This document shows positions 26,253 through 38,850 of a stretch of 64,000 nucleotides of DNA, in pieces (the stretch's first letter is position 1; every line of letters starts with the position of its first letter). The stretch is from the NCBI RefSeq assembly GCF_009914755.1, contig NC_060931.1; one strand, 5' to 3'. Position numbers and translations under genes: made by a program. This DNA is from the human T2T-CHM13v2.0 reference genome, Homo sapiens. Below the pieces are notes generated by a model, which did not search any database, was not told where the DNA came from, and saw nothing but the letters and a program-made list of their open reading frames with translations.

Positions 26253-28559
26253 TATTATTTAAAACTATGAATGAAGTTTTAAATCAAAACTCTTAGAAAT
26301 TTTAGGGTTCCTAAGCCTTTGGGTCTGAATTTTCATTAGGGATACATTTGATATGTTGCAAAACTATGGTTTGCAACATTAAAGAATAGCATTAGAGATA
26401 TATGCTTCTGAGCACAACATGGTGACATAAAGTATCACCCAGTCCTTTTAGTCTCTCCCAAGGACCCCCTGCACAAAGGTTAATGAATGTACTGAAAAGC
26501 CACGAAGACAGCTCATGGCTGAGAGCAAAACAAGGGGCCAGGAAGAGCTGGGGACTTGGAGATGCGCCTCCGGCAGAAGACTCTCCCCGACAGCCGGAAG
26601 GTGGGACCTGGCCACATTGATGTCTTGGCCTTTGTCACTACGGGGGATAAAAGGGGGCTGGAAACAGGGAGAGGAGAGGAAAATCAGAGCACTGTCATGA
26701 GAAATAAAAAACACATCCTGTAAACTTAAGGTCAGTGAATCCTAAGATAAAAATCATTTGTTAAACTGAAAACTCAACATTCTTGCTGGATTGGAGGTAG
26801 CTAATTCTGGGTTCAACTGTGAGAGAAAAGGACAAACTAAAAGATGTCTGAAATGACAGAAGTACATCCTTGAGGAGTATGTATAAAAGTCCACATGTAA
26901 CTTGGTGTTTCATAGCACTTGTGCTCTCTTTAGACACAGCCAACATCTCCCTTCCCTCAGAGCATTGCTGGGCACATTCCACGAAGCCCTTGACAATGAG
27001 GTGTCCTGCCTACATGAGCTGAAGAGACTTGACCACCATCGGACGAAGCCCTTGCAGAGTCTGGGGTAGGAAAAAAACAGTATGACTCAAGACTCTGGGG
27101 ACTCTGATGAAACAGAGTCGTGCAGGTGAAGGGACAGCAAATAGGAGACAAAACCTGAATCCAACCCATCGCACTCTGAACCCAAGCAAGGGGGGATGCG
27201 TTCTCTCATGATATGGTCAACACTGAGGTGGAAGCTACATTATGCCAAGTGTCCAAATTCACCCTCACCCAAGTACAAGCAAATCTCTATCAAGAAATAT
27301 ACCCCTCAAATTCATAACAAGCGTTAGTCACTAGTGGACCCCCTTCTATAATCCAGATGCCAAAAAACTTCTGGCATTTTCTTTAAATCTTTGTCTTAAG
27401 TCTGATGGAAACTATACACAGCTGTGTAGATAGGTTTTTAACAATGTCTTAAGAGAAGAAAAAGAAATTTGGCACTGTAGACCAAATAATCTTTGTGATG
27501 AAAAATAAAATCATGAATATAACCTTAAAATAAAATTATATAAGATTTTAATCATCAAGACTAAAAGCATGATGTTGCAGTAAATATGTCTATTAGCAGC
27601 CAAAAGAACTACTAATTACAGGGTGGATAAGTGGTGATGGATCATTTGGACAGAAGCCATTTTGACATGGAAATTGTTTTGAGAACATCTACTCCATAGG
27701 ATGCACTTTGATGGATACACAGGTGAAAGGCTTCAAGCCTAGCTCCAGACTGGCAGAGCTTTTAGGGATTTAGGGATTACTCTTCTGACAGAGTATGATG
27801 GGCGAAAAAAGCTAAAATACAAGTTCCCTTCAGAGTAATTTGGAACATCAAAGCAGAAAAGTTGCTAAATGCTACCTCCGAGATTGAATAATATACAATA
27901 TCCAAAATTTTCTTAAAAGATTAGTGATTTCTAAAACTGTAAGACAAATGCCCAGCATCATATACAGAAGAATTATTATTATTTTACTACTGGATGGGAA
28001 CCACTTCACTCTCTTCAAAATTTTGGACCTTCTCCAAGACATTTCATATAACATTGTCTATTCCCATTTGCAGCCAAATTTGTGAGCTTCTATTTTCATC
28101 CTTTAAGACTTGTTGCATAGATTGCACTACTTTATAAGTACTCCTTGCTTAAATAGCCTGAGAGTATGTGTTTTAGTTAAAAATAACATCAGTTAAAATA
28201 AATTACGATGATAACAAGCAGCAGCGATAAACCAGTAAAAGAACGTCTAAAATACTGCAAGTATCTAGCAGCTTTGTCCCATTGCTTAGACGAGAGCTGT
28301 GTAAAAAGACAGCAGCTGCCTCAAAGGAAAGCAAGAGTGGGCATCTTTTTCTTAGATTCTTAAGGAGAGCAAGGATGGGAACAAGAGTTGGAATAAAATA
28401 GGCAGTTGGTGAGGTAGCTCAAGAATAGTCAACCCTACCCCTTAGTCATGCCTACACATAAGACACATAAATGAAGAACTATTAATGACACCACGTGCAC
28501 TGTGCTCCATTTAGAGAAAGATCTGGCATGTTCATCATCCCTGTGTCTGGCCTCTGCTG

Positions 28560-29905
28560 CACCTGCATGCCAGTGACTCCCAATTCTAAATTCCTACTGG
28601 ACATCTCCACTTGGATGTCTTACTAATACCTCAAACTTCACATGTCAAAAACAAACTCTTAATTTTCTTGTCCAAACCTGCTTCAACTCCTTTTCTCAGT
28701 TCTCATGAATGCCATCCAGTTGCCCCAGTTCAAAAACTAGAAGTTATCCCAGATTCATCCTCCCAAAGCTGAGTCACCAATTCCACCTGATTCTTAAATC
28801 TAGCCCCTTCCTTCCCTGCCCACTGCCCTTCCCTGGATTAGATACTCATCACCTACGATTTAGATTAGATAACCTAGTCCACATAACACGATTTAGCAAA
28901 GTAGTTGGCACAAGCAAATGTCCAACTGTCAGCCATCACAATACAAAATATTTTTGGAGGCAACATAACAAAATAATTAAGACTATTATTTGCAATTAAT
29001 CAGCCTTTGTTAAAAGCTTGGTTCCATTACATGTGATTCATGTGATTTTAGGCAAATTATTAATCATCTATAACCTCAGTTTTCCAAGAGGTAAAATACT
29101 AATAAATAAACCTGCCACAAGGTTGTAGGGAAAATTACATAAACTGAGACATGTCAATGCTTATCTCAGTGCCTAGCATATAAGTGCTCAATAAATGTTA
29201 GCTAATAGTATTATTGAACTATTGGACTAAACTTCTACTAAATCTCCATGCAATTTCACTTCTTCTAGCCTGAATTCCACACAATCACAATAACTATTTT
29301 TCTAAAATGCTAATCGGATCATGGGACGTTTTCCCTTGTCTACAATAACTCTAACAATGACTCTCCTGTCTATTGATAGAATAAAATCCCCATATGATAT
29401 GATACATGAAGCACTTCTTTATATAAATGCTGCTGCCTTTCCATGTTTCATCCAGCTCAGTTTTCTGCTTGCATCTCACTGCTCTGTTTGTTCCCTCAAG
29501 AACCCGTGCTTCCTTCTGCTTCCTGGCCCAGTTGTTTCTTCCACCTGCAATGTCCCTCTGAAATCTATCTTTCTCTAGAAAACCTAATGACTTGATGGCC
29601 ACCTATGACCCCACTTCTTGGGTTCATTCAAGTGTAAGTTCCTTGGAACAACCATTCCTGCCCCAGTCTCTTGCCTCTCCTAAGGTGTGAATCTGTCCTC
29701 TGTTATGATGGCACTCAATGCACGTATCTATTAAAATACATATTACTATGCCTATCTGGCCTTTTTATTTAAGTGTCTTCTCACTCTGCTGTGAGCTCCT
29801 TGCAAGCAGGCACTATGTCTTGTTCATCTCTGCATCTCCCTCTCCTAGAACAGTGTCAGGTGCACAAATGGAGCTCCAGAGATGTTTGCTGCTAAAATGA
29901 ATGCA
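28560..29905 (+). mobile_element. L2 fragments interrupted by a MIR (about 29010-29210)
   Basis: cctactggacatctccacttggatgtct is L2. The L2 3' end lies near 29850-29905. The MIR end reads cagtgcctagcatataagtgctcaataaatgttagc. Confidence 0.75.
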
Positions 29906-30294
29906 AGCATAAGATCTGCCTCACAAAGCCTAAGCATCAGCAGAAATCATAAAGACCCATAGAGGGGAAGCCACCCAGAGATCAGTCACAATAAAATGAT
30001 TAGAATTCATTTAACCCAACTTCACAGAATCCCAGTTTTGGGGCCTTTAGGGGCTTCTGAGAGAACTGAAACATTTAATAGATGAGGAACCCAAAGCAAC
30101 TAAGAGGCTCAATGATTTTCCCACAATTGCCCCAGGACCCATGACCCTCCAGGGCCAAATATCACTTTCTCCTATGCTGCCCTGATGCTACCTGTGTTAT
30201 AGCAGGATTAGTGAGCCAGAGTTGTCCTTGGGAAAACAAGAAAAATTGCCCATGAAAGCCTTTGAAAATGTAAATTATGATCTACTTAAGGCAT

Positions 30295-30656
30295 TGATAT
30301 GGTTTGGCTCTGTTTCCTTACCCAAATCCCATCTTGAACTGTAATAATCTCCATGTGTTGTGGGAGGGACCTGGTGGGAAGTAACTGATCATGCGGGCGG
30401 GTTTCTCCCGTGCTGTTCTCGTGATAGTGAATAAGTCTCATGAGATCTGATGGTTTGATAAAGGGGAGTTCCCCTGTACATACTCTCCCTTGCCTGCTGC
30501 CACGCAAGACATGCCTTTGCTCCTCCTTTGCCTTTGCCATGATTGTGAGGCCTCTGCAGCCATGTGGAACTGTGAGTCCATTAACCCTCTTTTTCTTTAT
30601 AAATTACCCAGTCTGGGGGCATGACTTTATTAGCAGCGTGAGAACGGACTAACACA
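30295..30656 (+). mobile_element. THE1 (THE1C-like) solo LTR
   Basis: tgatatggtttggct...ggactaacaca, 362 bp, with a perfect 5-bp TSD ggcat. Confidence 0.93.
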
Positions 30657-30684
30657 GGCATATACCTTGTTTTCAAGTTTGGTC

Positions 30685-30965
30685 CCAAAACCCAAAATGT
30701 GTTCCCAGGAACACTATTCATTCTTCACGAGGCTTTGAGAAGAGAGAAGGGTCCTGCAGTCAAATAACTTGGAATTCCTGCCTGTCCCACAGGACTTCTG
30801 AGTTGACTTTAGCATATTAAGGGCTCTGAGAAACTCAGTAGTAGCCTGTTTAAAAATTCATTCCAATCAGCTGTGGACAAAGTAATTTAAGCAGAGATCT
30901 CTTTTTTGGAGCATCGCTTGTTAACATAGTCAATCAGCAAACCCAAGATGGGGAAAAGCTGATAG
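30685..30965. mobile_element. hAT-Charlie fossil (MER103-like)
   Basis: tgtgttcccaggaacacta, gtcaaataacttgg and ttagcatattaagggctctgagaa motifs. Confidence 0.45.
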
Positions 30966-31399
30966 AATTCCTTTCTCCGTCATATGGAGCTGTGGCCACT
31001 AGCCCTGGAGTGCAGGTGCCGTCTGCCAGAAAGGCTTATCTGATGCTTCACCCAGCTTTTCTCTGGAGCTCAAGCCTCATCCTCAGGGAATTCTTCTAGA
31101 TCACATTAAGGAAAAGAATTATGCCAGTCTCTATAAGCAGCACGCTCCACACCAAAGAGGCAGCATAGACCAAATCAAATAGACTTGGGAAAGAGAACTC
31201 ACTCTTTCATTCAACAAACTTATCCACATTTTCAAAAAAATCAACTAACCCAGAAAAAGTCCTGTGCTTGAAATGACTTCCGTGTTCAAATCCTAAATCA
31301 ATAATAAAAGAAATACCTAGAGTGGCTTCTATTTTCTGACTGAACTGTTACAAATACTTAAGGTTGATTTGGGAGTAATTAATGATGAGCTCCATCAAA

Positions 31400-32066
<667 letters not shown>

Positions 32067-32345
32067 GTAACTCACTTTCTTATCTATAAAATGAAGATAA
32101 TAAAACTACCTGCCTTATAGAGCTGCCATGAGAATTAAAATGATATGCCTGGACTATAAAATTCATAAATATCTTTTAGTTTAAAAATCAATTTTGCTAA
32201 TTTTTATTATTTTGGCCATTTTTAAATTATTGATATTTTTATTATTTCATTATTTAATAACATGTTTATATTCAGTTCTATACATCCACATTAAAACTGT
32301 GAGAATAAATCCTTAGAATGAAACTGGTATGTTAAAAAGCATACC

Positions 32346-32348
32346 AAA

Positions 32349-32387
<39 letters not shown>

Positions 32388-32388
32388 A
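32346..32388. repeat. (AAAT)10+ microsatellite
   Basis: Read directly from the sequence. Confidence 0.95.
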
Positions 32389-32910
32389 AGATTTTACCAA
32401 ATGCTCTCCAGAAAAGCTATCCTCCCAGCAATACATGAATGGAGTCCACTTCCCAGAGCTTTACCAATTCTAAATATGACAGTATTTTATTTGTAATGTG
32501 TTTGAACATTTGGAGGAAAAATGATAAAATCTTCTTTTCAATGCTACTTAATATTATTTGATTATTCATGAGGATAAGGCTTTTTTGCGTTTATCATCCA
32601 TCTATAGTTCTACTTTGGCTAATTTTCCCTTAGAGTTTTCTGCCCATTTTTAATTTAACCAACTGACCTTCATTTAGTTTACTCACTGAGCTCTTTATAT
32701 CTTGATTTACTTTCACTATGTTGTCAAAATGGTGTTTTTAAAAAACATATTAAGTTTTACATACTTACGACATCAAATCTCTTCATCTTTATGGAGAGAT
32801 TTATGGGTTTCTGCCTTGCAAGTAACCCTTATAAAGACCTTCTCTACAGCCTAGAGACTAAATTTACTGTATTTTATTCTAGTACTTTAGCACATTTCTT
32901 TGCACAGCGA

Positions 32911-33406
32911 TGCATAGCAGACACACCTGACAGTGATAACTTAGGCATCCCCTGAGAATCACCCTGTATGGTAGATGCACCTGAATATGTGCTCAGAGTT
33001 CTGAGCTAAGGAATCTGGGAGTGGCCAACCGAGAGATTAATTCCTTGTCTACAAGGAACACCTGAGCCCTGAGCCTGTCCCATTGAAGGTGAGTCATACA
33101 GGGGATTGAGGCCATGTGTTTTGGGTTAAACGAAGGTTGCCAGGTGGAGGTTGTTAGGTAGAGGATGCTAAGCAAAAATGTTACAGAAACTGCATTGCTT
33201 TTTGCAAACGGATGTAGTTCTCCTGCCCAGCCTGCCACCACTTGGCTGTGCAATACTCCTGCCCAGCCCTGCCATGACTGGGCCCACTCTGTATGTAAGT
33301 TTCCCACTAATAAAACCCTGTGTCTTGTTTGCTGACTCTGGGTCCCTTCTTCGGCCCCTTGAACCTGGTGCCATCCCTACTGAAGTTAATAGAGTCCAGT
33401 ACAACA
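32911..33406 (+). mobile_element. ERVL-class solo LTR (LTR32/LTR47-like)
   Basis: TG...CA ends, gcagacacacctgacag...gagctaaggaatctgggagtggccaacc, and an AATAAA near 33309. Confidence 0.75.
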
Positions 33407-34236
33407 ACATATTTACATCTTTACTATATCTGGAATTAGGAAGGAGGGAGTAAAGCGTGAGGTTGAGAATTTCACTCTGTTTTCTAAGTGTTTGGCCAGT
33501 TTTCCCAATACCCCTTGTCAGATGATCCATTCTTTCCCCACAAAATCTGCCTTATGATACATCATATCCGTGGGCACACTTGGCTGTGACTCAGGGCAGG
33601 CAGCGTGATGATGGATAGCAGGCACAGGCTGAGCCCACCTCCCTATTGCTCTCTTCTCCCTCCTCCAGTGGCCTCATTTCCTTGCCTTACATGGCTGAGT
33701 CCAGAAACTCATGCTAGGGCCTCTCCATGCCTGTGCATTGCACGTCGGTAGGGATGCAAGCGCTGCTAATCCACACAAGTCAAAGCCAGTCCAGGGCCAT
33801 GTTTGCTGATCATCTTCCACCTACCTTTGCCACCATGTCTTGCCCCTTCCAGTGAGAGGGCTTAGGTGCGTGTCTGTGAGTGCTCCACTCTTGGCATGTG
33901 GTCTCCCTCAGGAGGTAAGCCGGCTGCAGCTTTTCTTAAACAAGGTCTCAAGCTCACTCTAAGAAATTTTCCTGGAAATCTCTGGCATGTGGGTGGCATT
34001 TATTTCTAGTTTCCAGCATAAGGGCACACATATTTTTTCCTTATATATTCTGATTATCATTTCAATGGGAATTTGGGGCGGGGGGGGGGGGGGTGGTGGA
34101 ATGGAACACCTGTGTTCAAGCATCCATCTTGCCAGGAAGCCAAATGGCTTTGTAATTAACACTCAATCCTGTCACTCATGAATTCCAAGAACAACCTGTG
34201 CTAAGTAACATGCAGTAAACAACTCATACACATTAC

Positions 34237-34291
34237 CTTTGATTGCTGCTAAATATCCTCGGAGTTCTCGCTGAAGTCTGGTACCCTCTGC
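34237..34291 (-). CDS. AMPH: Amphiphysin coding exon 3 (55 nt, phase 0 to 1), AEGTRLQRELRGYLAAIK(G)
   Basis: Minus strand reads ttttttag|GCAGAGGGT...ATCAAAG|gtaatg. The peptide matches the amphiphysin N-BAR domain and joins in frame to the next exon. Confidence 0.97.
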
Positions 34292-34606
34292 CTAAAAAAC
34301 ACAAGCACAGATGCTAAATATCTAGTCTATATTCTGCATGAAAACATGTAAGAAGTGTTAAGTCTCAAAGTTACTATTGCCAGAAGCTCATTCTTGGAAA
34401 AAAACATAAATATGTGGACACAGACTAAACAAGGCAATAATGTCCATCAGTCTAGATATTTATAGAAATTTTGTTCCACTTCAAAGAGCAAAAGGAGAAG
34501 GCAAGATTTTGCTAATAGATAATACAATTCATTACACATCTTCTAATTCAAGAGCTATCAAATTTCTAGATTTTGACACATGGGTTATAATAGCAGGGAA
34601 GTGATC

Positions 34607-34910
34607 ACCATTATCTAACATGGTAGCCACAAGCCACATATGGCTGTTGAGTACTTGCAATTGAGATGTACTGTAAGGGTATTTTCCATTTACAGTGTAA
34701 CTGTATTTTATACAACATATTTTAGAGACTGAGTACCAGAAAAACCTCATTAATTTTATATAGATTACATGTTAAAACAATAATATTTTGGGTATATTGA
34801 GTTAAACTACATTATTAAAATTTCATCTCTTTCTTTTCACTTTAAGGATGTAGCCACTAGAAAATTCTAAACTATGTAGTTTGCATTATATTTTTATTGG
34901 ACTGCATTGA
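34607..34910. mobile_element. MER33 hAT-Charlie transposon
   Basis: atggtagccacaagccacatatggctgttgagtacttg...cattatatttttattggactgcattg. Confidence 0.75.
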
Positions 34911-34959
34911 AATAGAGAAACTGTTAAATTGTAAATGTTGACATATGAATGCCTGTTTT

Positions 34960-35435
34960 GGTTTGGATACTTTTTTAGAAACTCCGAGACTCTCTGAAAC
35001 TAGGATGAGACTGCAAATAGTTTAATTTGGAGTTAGTCAAAGAAATGCCAATAGGAGAGTAGAGAAGTGAGGCAGAGAAGGGAAGATAGCTGATACAGAC
35101 AGCGTTATCAAGCAAGTTACCACTGTGGGCAACTGGACCTCAGTTCCACTCGGGAACTCTGGAAGACAGTGTCAATGAAACACCCTATAGATACCCTAAC
35201 TGAAAGGCGAGGAAGCTGAGGCGTTTATCCAATATCTCCTGTCAGCTATGTTTCTAGAGCTGCTCCTAGGGGACATTAATTCCCCAATATATCTATATAG
35301 AAGCAGAGAGGGCTCCAGAAACCAGAGAAGCCCTCAGGCAAAGAGTTGCCAATGCTGGCACGTCAGTCTTGTGGGCTCAGAAAAAGGTACTAGGGGCATA
35401 TGTCTGAGCACCAACAGTAGCTGCTATGACTCTAC
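34960..35435 (-). mobile_element. LTR33-like ERVL LTR
   Basis: gcgttatcaagcaagttaccactgtgggcaactgga...gggaactctggaagacagtgt. Confidence 0.7.
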
Positions 35436-36439
35436 AACTGAAAGTCGATTTAAAACATGCATGCATTTTAATTGCATAGTCATTTAACAAAATTGCAGAG
35501 AGCTAGCATACAGGACTCCACCTTGAGCTCAATAATAGGACAGCAACTTCAATAGCCATGTTCAATTTAACAAACATTGTTAGTATTTGCCCAAAAGAGT
35601 GGTGGTGGGGGGACCCTCTTTCCTCATTATAATCTAGTGGGGGAGCTAAAATATATAAGCAAAAAACAAAACAATTGCACTGCAAGGCATATTACATTTA
35701 GCATTGCAACAGCCATTCAAAGTGTTGAAGTACAAAAACAAAATGTCCATCACATTTAAAGATAATGATTAATACAAATAAACTGACAAGAAATAATTAA
35801 GACTATGCTTGACGGCAAAAGGGATTCTGAATTAGGATATTTTCCATATAACACTTGCATTGTGCAGGTATAGTGGCATTATTTCCTTGAAATCTATGTA
35901 ACACTCAGGTGAGGTATTCTGTATTTGAGTTAAGCTCAGGTTATTTTTGCAGCTCTATAAACCCGGTTACTACCAGACAAAAGCTTAGGATGAGTCCATT
36001 TGCTGGCACGTATGAACTTCAAACAGAATGGTTCTATTCAGAATGGCAAAGCAGAAATCAAAGTGCTAAACAATTGACTCCCTTTCTAGTGTCTCAACAT
36101 GGTTTTAAATCAAAACTCAAGGTTTCTATTCCCTTGTTGAAACATGCAGAAAGTTTGTGTGATGGCAAACTTCCATCAGCTAGAGAAAATAAAGCAAATC
36201 ATGGTGGGGTTCCAAACAGCAAAGTGTAGTAGAAAACTATTTCCAGAGAGAGGAAGAGGAGAATAAAGAGAAAATGCTGATGATAAACACTTGAGTAAAA
36301 GCAGTCGATGAAGAGGACCCAGAGAAGTCAGGATGAAGTTCTCAATACCACCAAGAAAAGCATATTGCAACAAAAGAAGTGGGTCTTTCCCCTACTAAAT
36401 ATCCATTATATGAGAGCATTGTGTCACATTCTGAGTACA

Positions 36440-36820
36440 TAAAAAGTGGAAAAAATATGGCTTTGGTAGATTTTATTGTCAATCTATGCTGCAACTCCCT
36501 ACCAGATCTGTCATTGGAGAAAGATCATACTTCCTGCCTCAGCGACATCAGGCTTGGCTGTAGGACTGTAGACAATGAAACTTAAGTGGAAGTAACATGT
36601 GCTACTTTCAAGCTGAAGCTATAAAAGCCATCACATGCTCCTGCCATTTCTTTCCTCTCCCCATACAGAATTTGTTTCTTCAATCTGGATCCCAGAGTGA
36701 AGGGACCACAGAGCACAGCCACCACCTGCATTTTCATGAGTGAGAAACTAACCTCTGTTGTTGAAAGCCACTGAGATGTTGCTACCATGGCATAACCTAG
36801 CCCAAACTGCCCAGTAAAAT
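36440..36820 (+). mobile_element. Old MLT1 (I/J-like) LTR
   Basis: agtggaagtaacatgtgctacttt...tgagtgagaaactaacctctgttgttgaaagccactgagat...cataacctagcc. Confidence 0.7.
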
Positions 36821-38752
36821 GATTCACCATCAACAGAGGAAATGCTGAAATGTGGAGAGAGGCTGAAATCTAACCACAACAATAAAAAGCCCAATAGAAT
36901 TAGTGAACAGAAAAGAAATAAAAGCATTTACAGAAACATTTCAGAAAAATCAAACTGGAAAGATGAAGGACAAACTGAACGGTTCACAAATGGAAGCCCA
37001 AGTGGTGGTCAAGCAACGGAAAGAGATAGAATGGAACTGAGAGAGAAGCAAGCTCCAGAATCATTTGTCCCATCAGATTTCAGATAATTTAAGAGAGAAT
37101 AATATCTGAAATTTACCTGGACAAATATAGACCCAAACCAATCTAAAGCCTAAAAGCCCTAAAAGGTACAATTAGGAGGGCTTGAATCCATTAAGGCCAC
37201 ATTTCTCAAACTAGATAATTGTAGAATCTGGGGGCATTTAGTGGTTTGTCTAGGGCACATACATCCACAAAACAAAGCTAAAAGATCTGTCTGGAACATC
37301 AATTTATTGAGGTGAAGGGAAAGAAATGGAAGAGAAACCATTATTTTACAACCACTAAGCCACCTCTTAAGAAGTCGGATAAAAAAATAGCATGGGGATG
37401 AAACACAGAACTTCACAGATTTCTGCTGCTTTCAGCTGTCTGCTTTAGGATTCTGCTGTACCAGTCATGGTCCTTCCATGGAAATGTGTGAGGGACACCG
37501 AGTTAAGCAAGGCTCACTTCTCACCCAGAAGGATGTGTTCCCTCAGTTATACAGAGCCGGCCATGAAAAGGGATGGTTATGAGTCACCAGGATTGCTCAG
37601 AATATCCAGAAATAGCAAAAAAGTAGCAGGGAAGGGCATTCTTTTCTCAAATGTTCAAGGAACAAAGTTATGTGAAATTAACCCCACAATTAACTAATTG
37701 CCTTTTCCTTCAGTAGAAATAAAGTGAAATAATTCAGGCTCCAATCCATATACTGGATTCATCTTGTCGAAGGGAAACACTGCAGAGTTTTTTTTTAAAT
37801 GAAATAAGAAATCTAGAAGAGATTTTTTATATAAGAGTGGAACAAAGTTCAAAATTGTACAATAATTGCTTAATAAATGAGTTCAATTTAAGCAGATAAA
37901 CTAAAGGCTGATTTAAATGACTTTCTTCTTTTCCAATTATTAAAATTCTTAATTTTCCCCATGAGTATTTCGGTTTCATGAATCACTCAGTAATAGCCAC
38001 ACTGAATTTCATCTAAAATTCTACCTTAATCAAAAAGGTAAAAAGCTCTGGAGAAAAATCCTCCACCTACAATATGCCATAAAGTAGTTTCTCCTGTACA
38101 AAACTTATTGCACAATAAAATTTCCTTAAGATTGTTATTCTGCAGGAATAGCAGATGTTTGAAATTAAACAAATTCTTATAACATTGCTCAGATTTCACT
38201 GAATTTGAAGCTGATTCCAAATCCCTTTGTAAAGTATCATTTTAGTAATTCAGCCGTGAATTATGTATTGCACATGTGTGTGCAGAAAACAAAGTTCTAC
38301 ACCCTTGAGATTATATGCCTGTATTTTCCCTTCTTGTTTCTTTATATCATTTTCTACAAGACATCAGGAAATTATTGTTCTATGTCCTGGTCACAGGGAT
38401 CATGGCAACAGGAGGGCAGGGGAGTCTATTATAATTAAGTTGTCTGAATTGCCTAGTAATACTCCTCCTTAGAGAAGATCCAACTGCATGAAGGTGCAAC
38501 GGGTGTGGGAAATTATTGAGTCAAGCTGTTTTTTGTTTAGATACACTAAATTCTGAAGCGCTGCAATATATTAATATTAGTAAATACATATGCCAAGACT
38601 TCAAGAGTCTTTAAAAAGGTATAATTTTGTTAGTTTACCTTTAACTCAGTTATTTCTGCCCAGAAGAAAGGAGCCATAGTTGAGGCATTAATTTAATTTA
38701 GTTGTGGACAAAATTCATAGAATGAATTAATGATTTCTAAGGAACTAAACTT

Positions 38753-38850
38753 AGGGCAGCAGCAACCACTGCACAATTTAGGGGCACCATTCCCATGTAC
38801 TACCTACTACCATGTGCATGACACCCCGGGGCAGGGGTGTGCATCACTAT
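38753..38850. mobile_element. MER91-like palindromic hAT-Tip100 MITE
   Basis: tgcacaatttaggggcaccattc...gcatgacacccc...tgtgca, an imperfect inverted repeat. Confidence 0.6.

Larger units (their letters stand above)
32170..33560 (-). mobile_element. Very old L1ME-type fragments interrupted by an LTR
   Basis: T-rich reverse L1 sequence such as accaaatgctctccagaaaagctat and ttttctgcccattttt. Confidence 0.55.
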
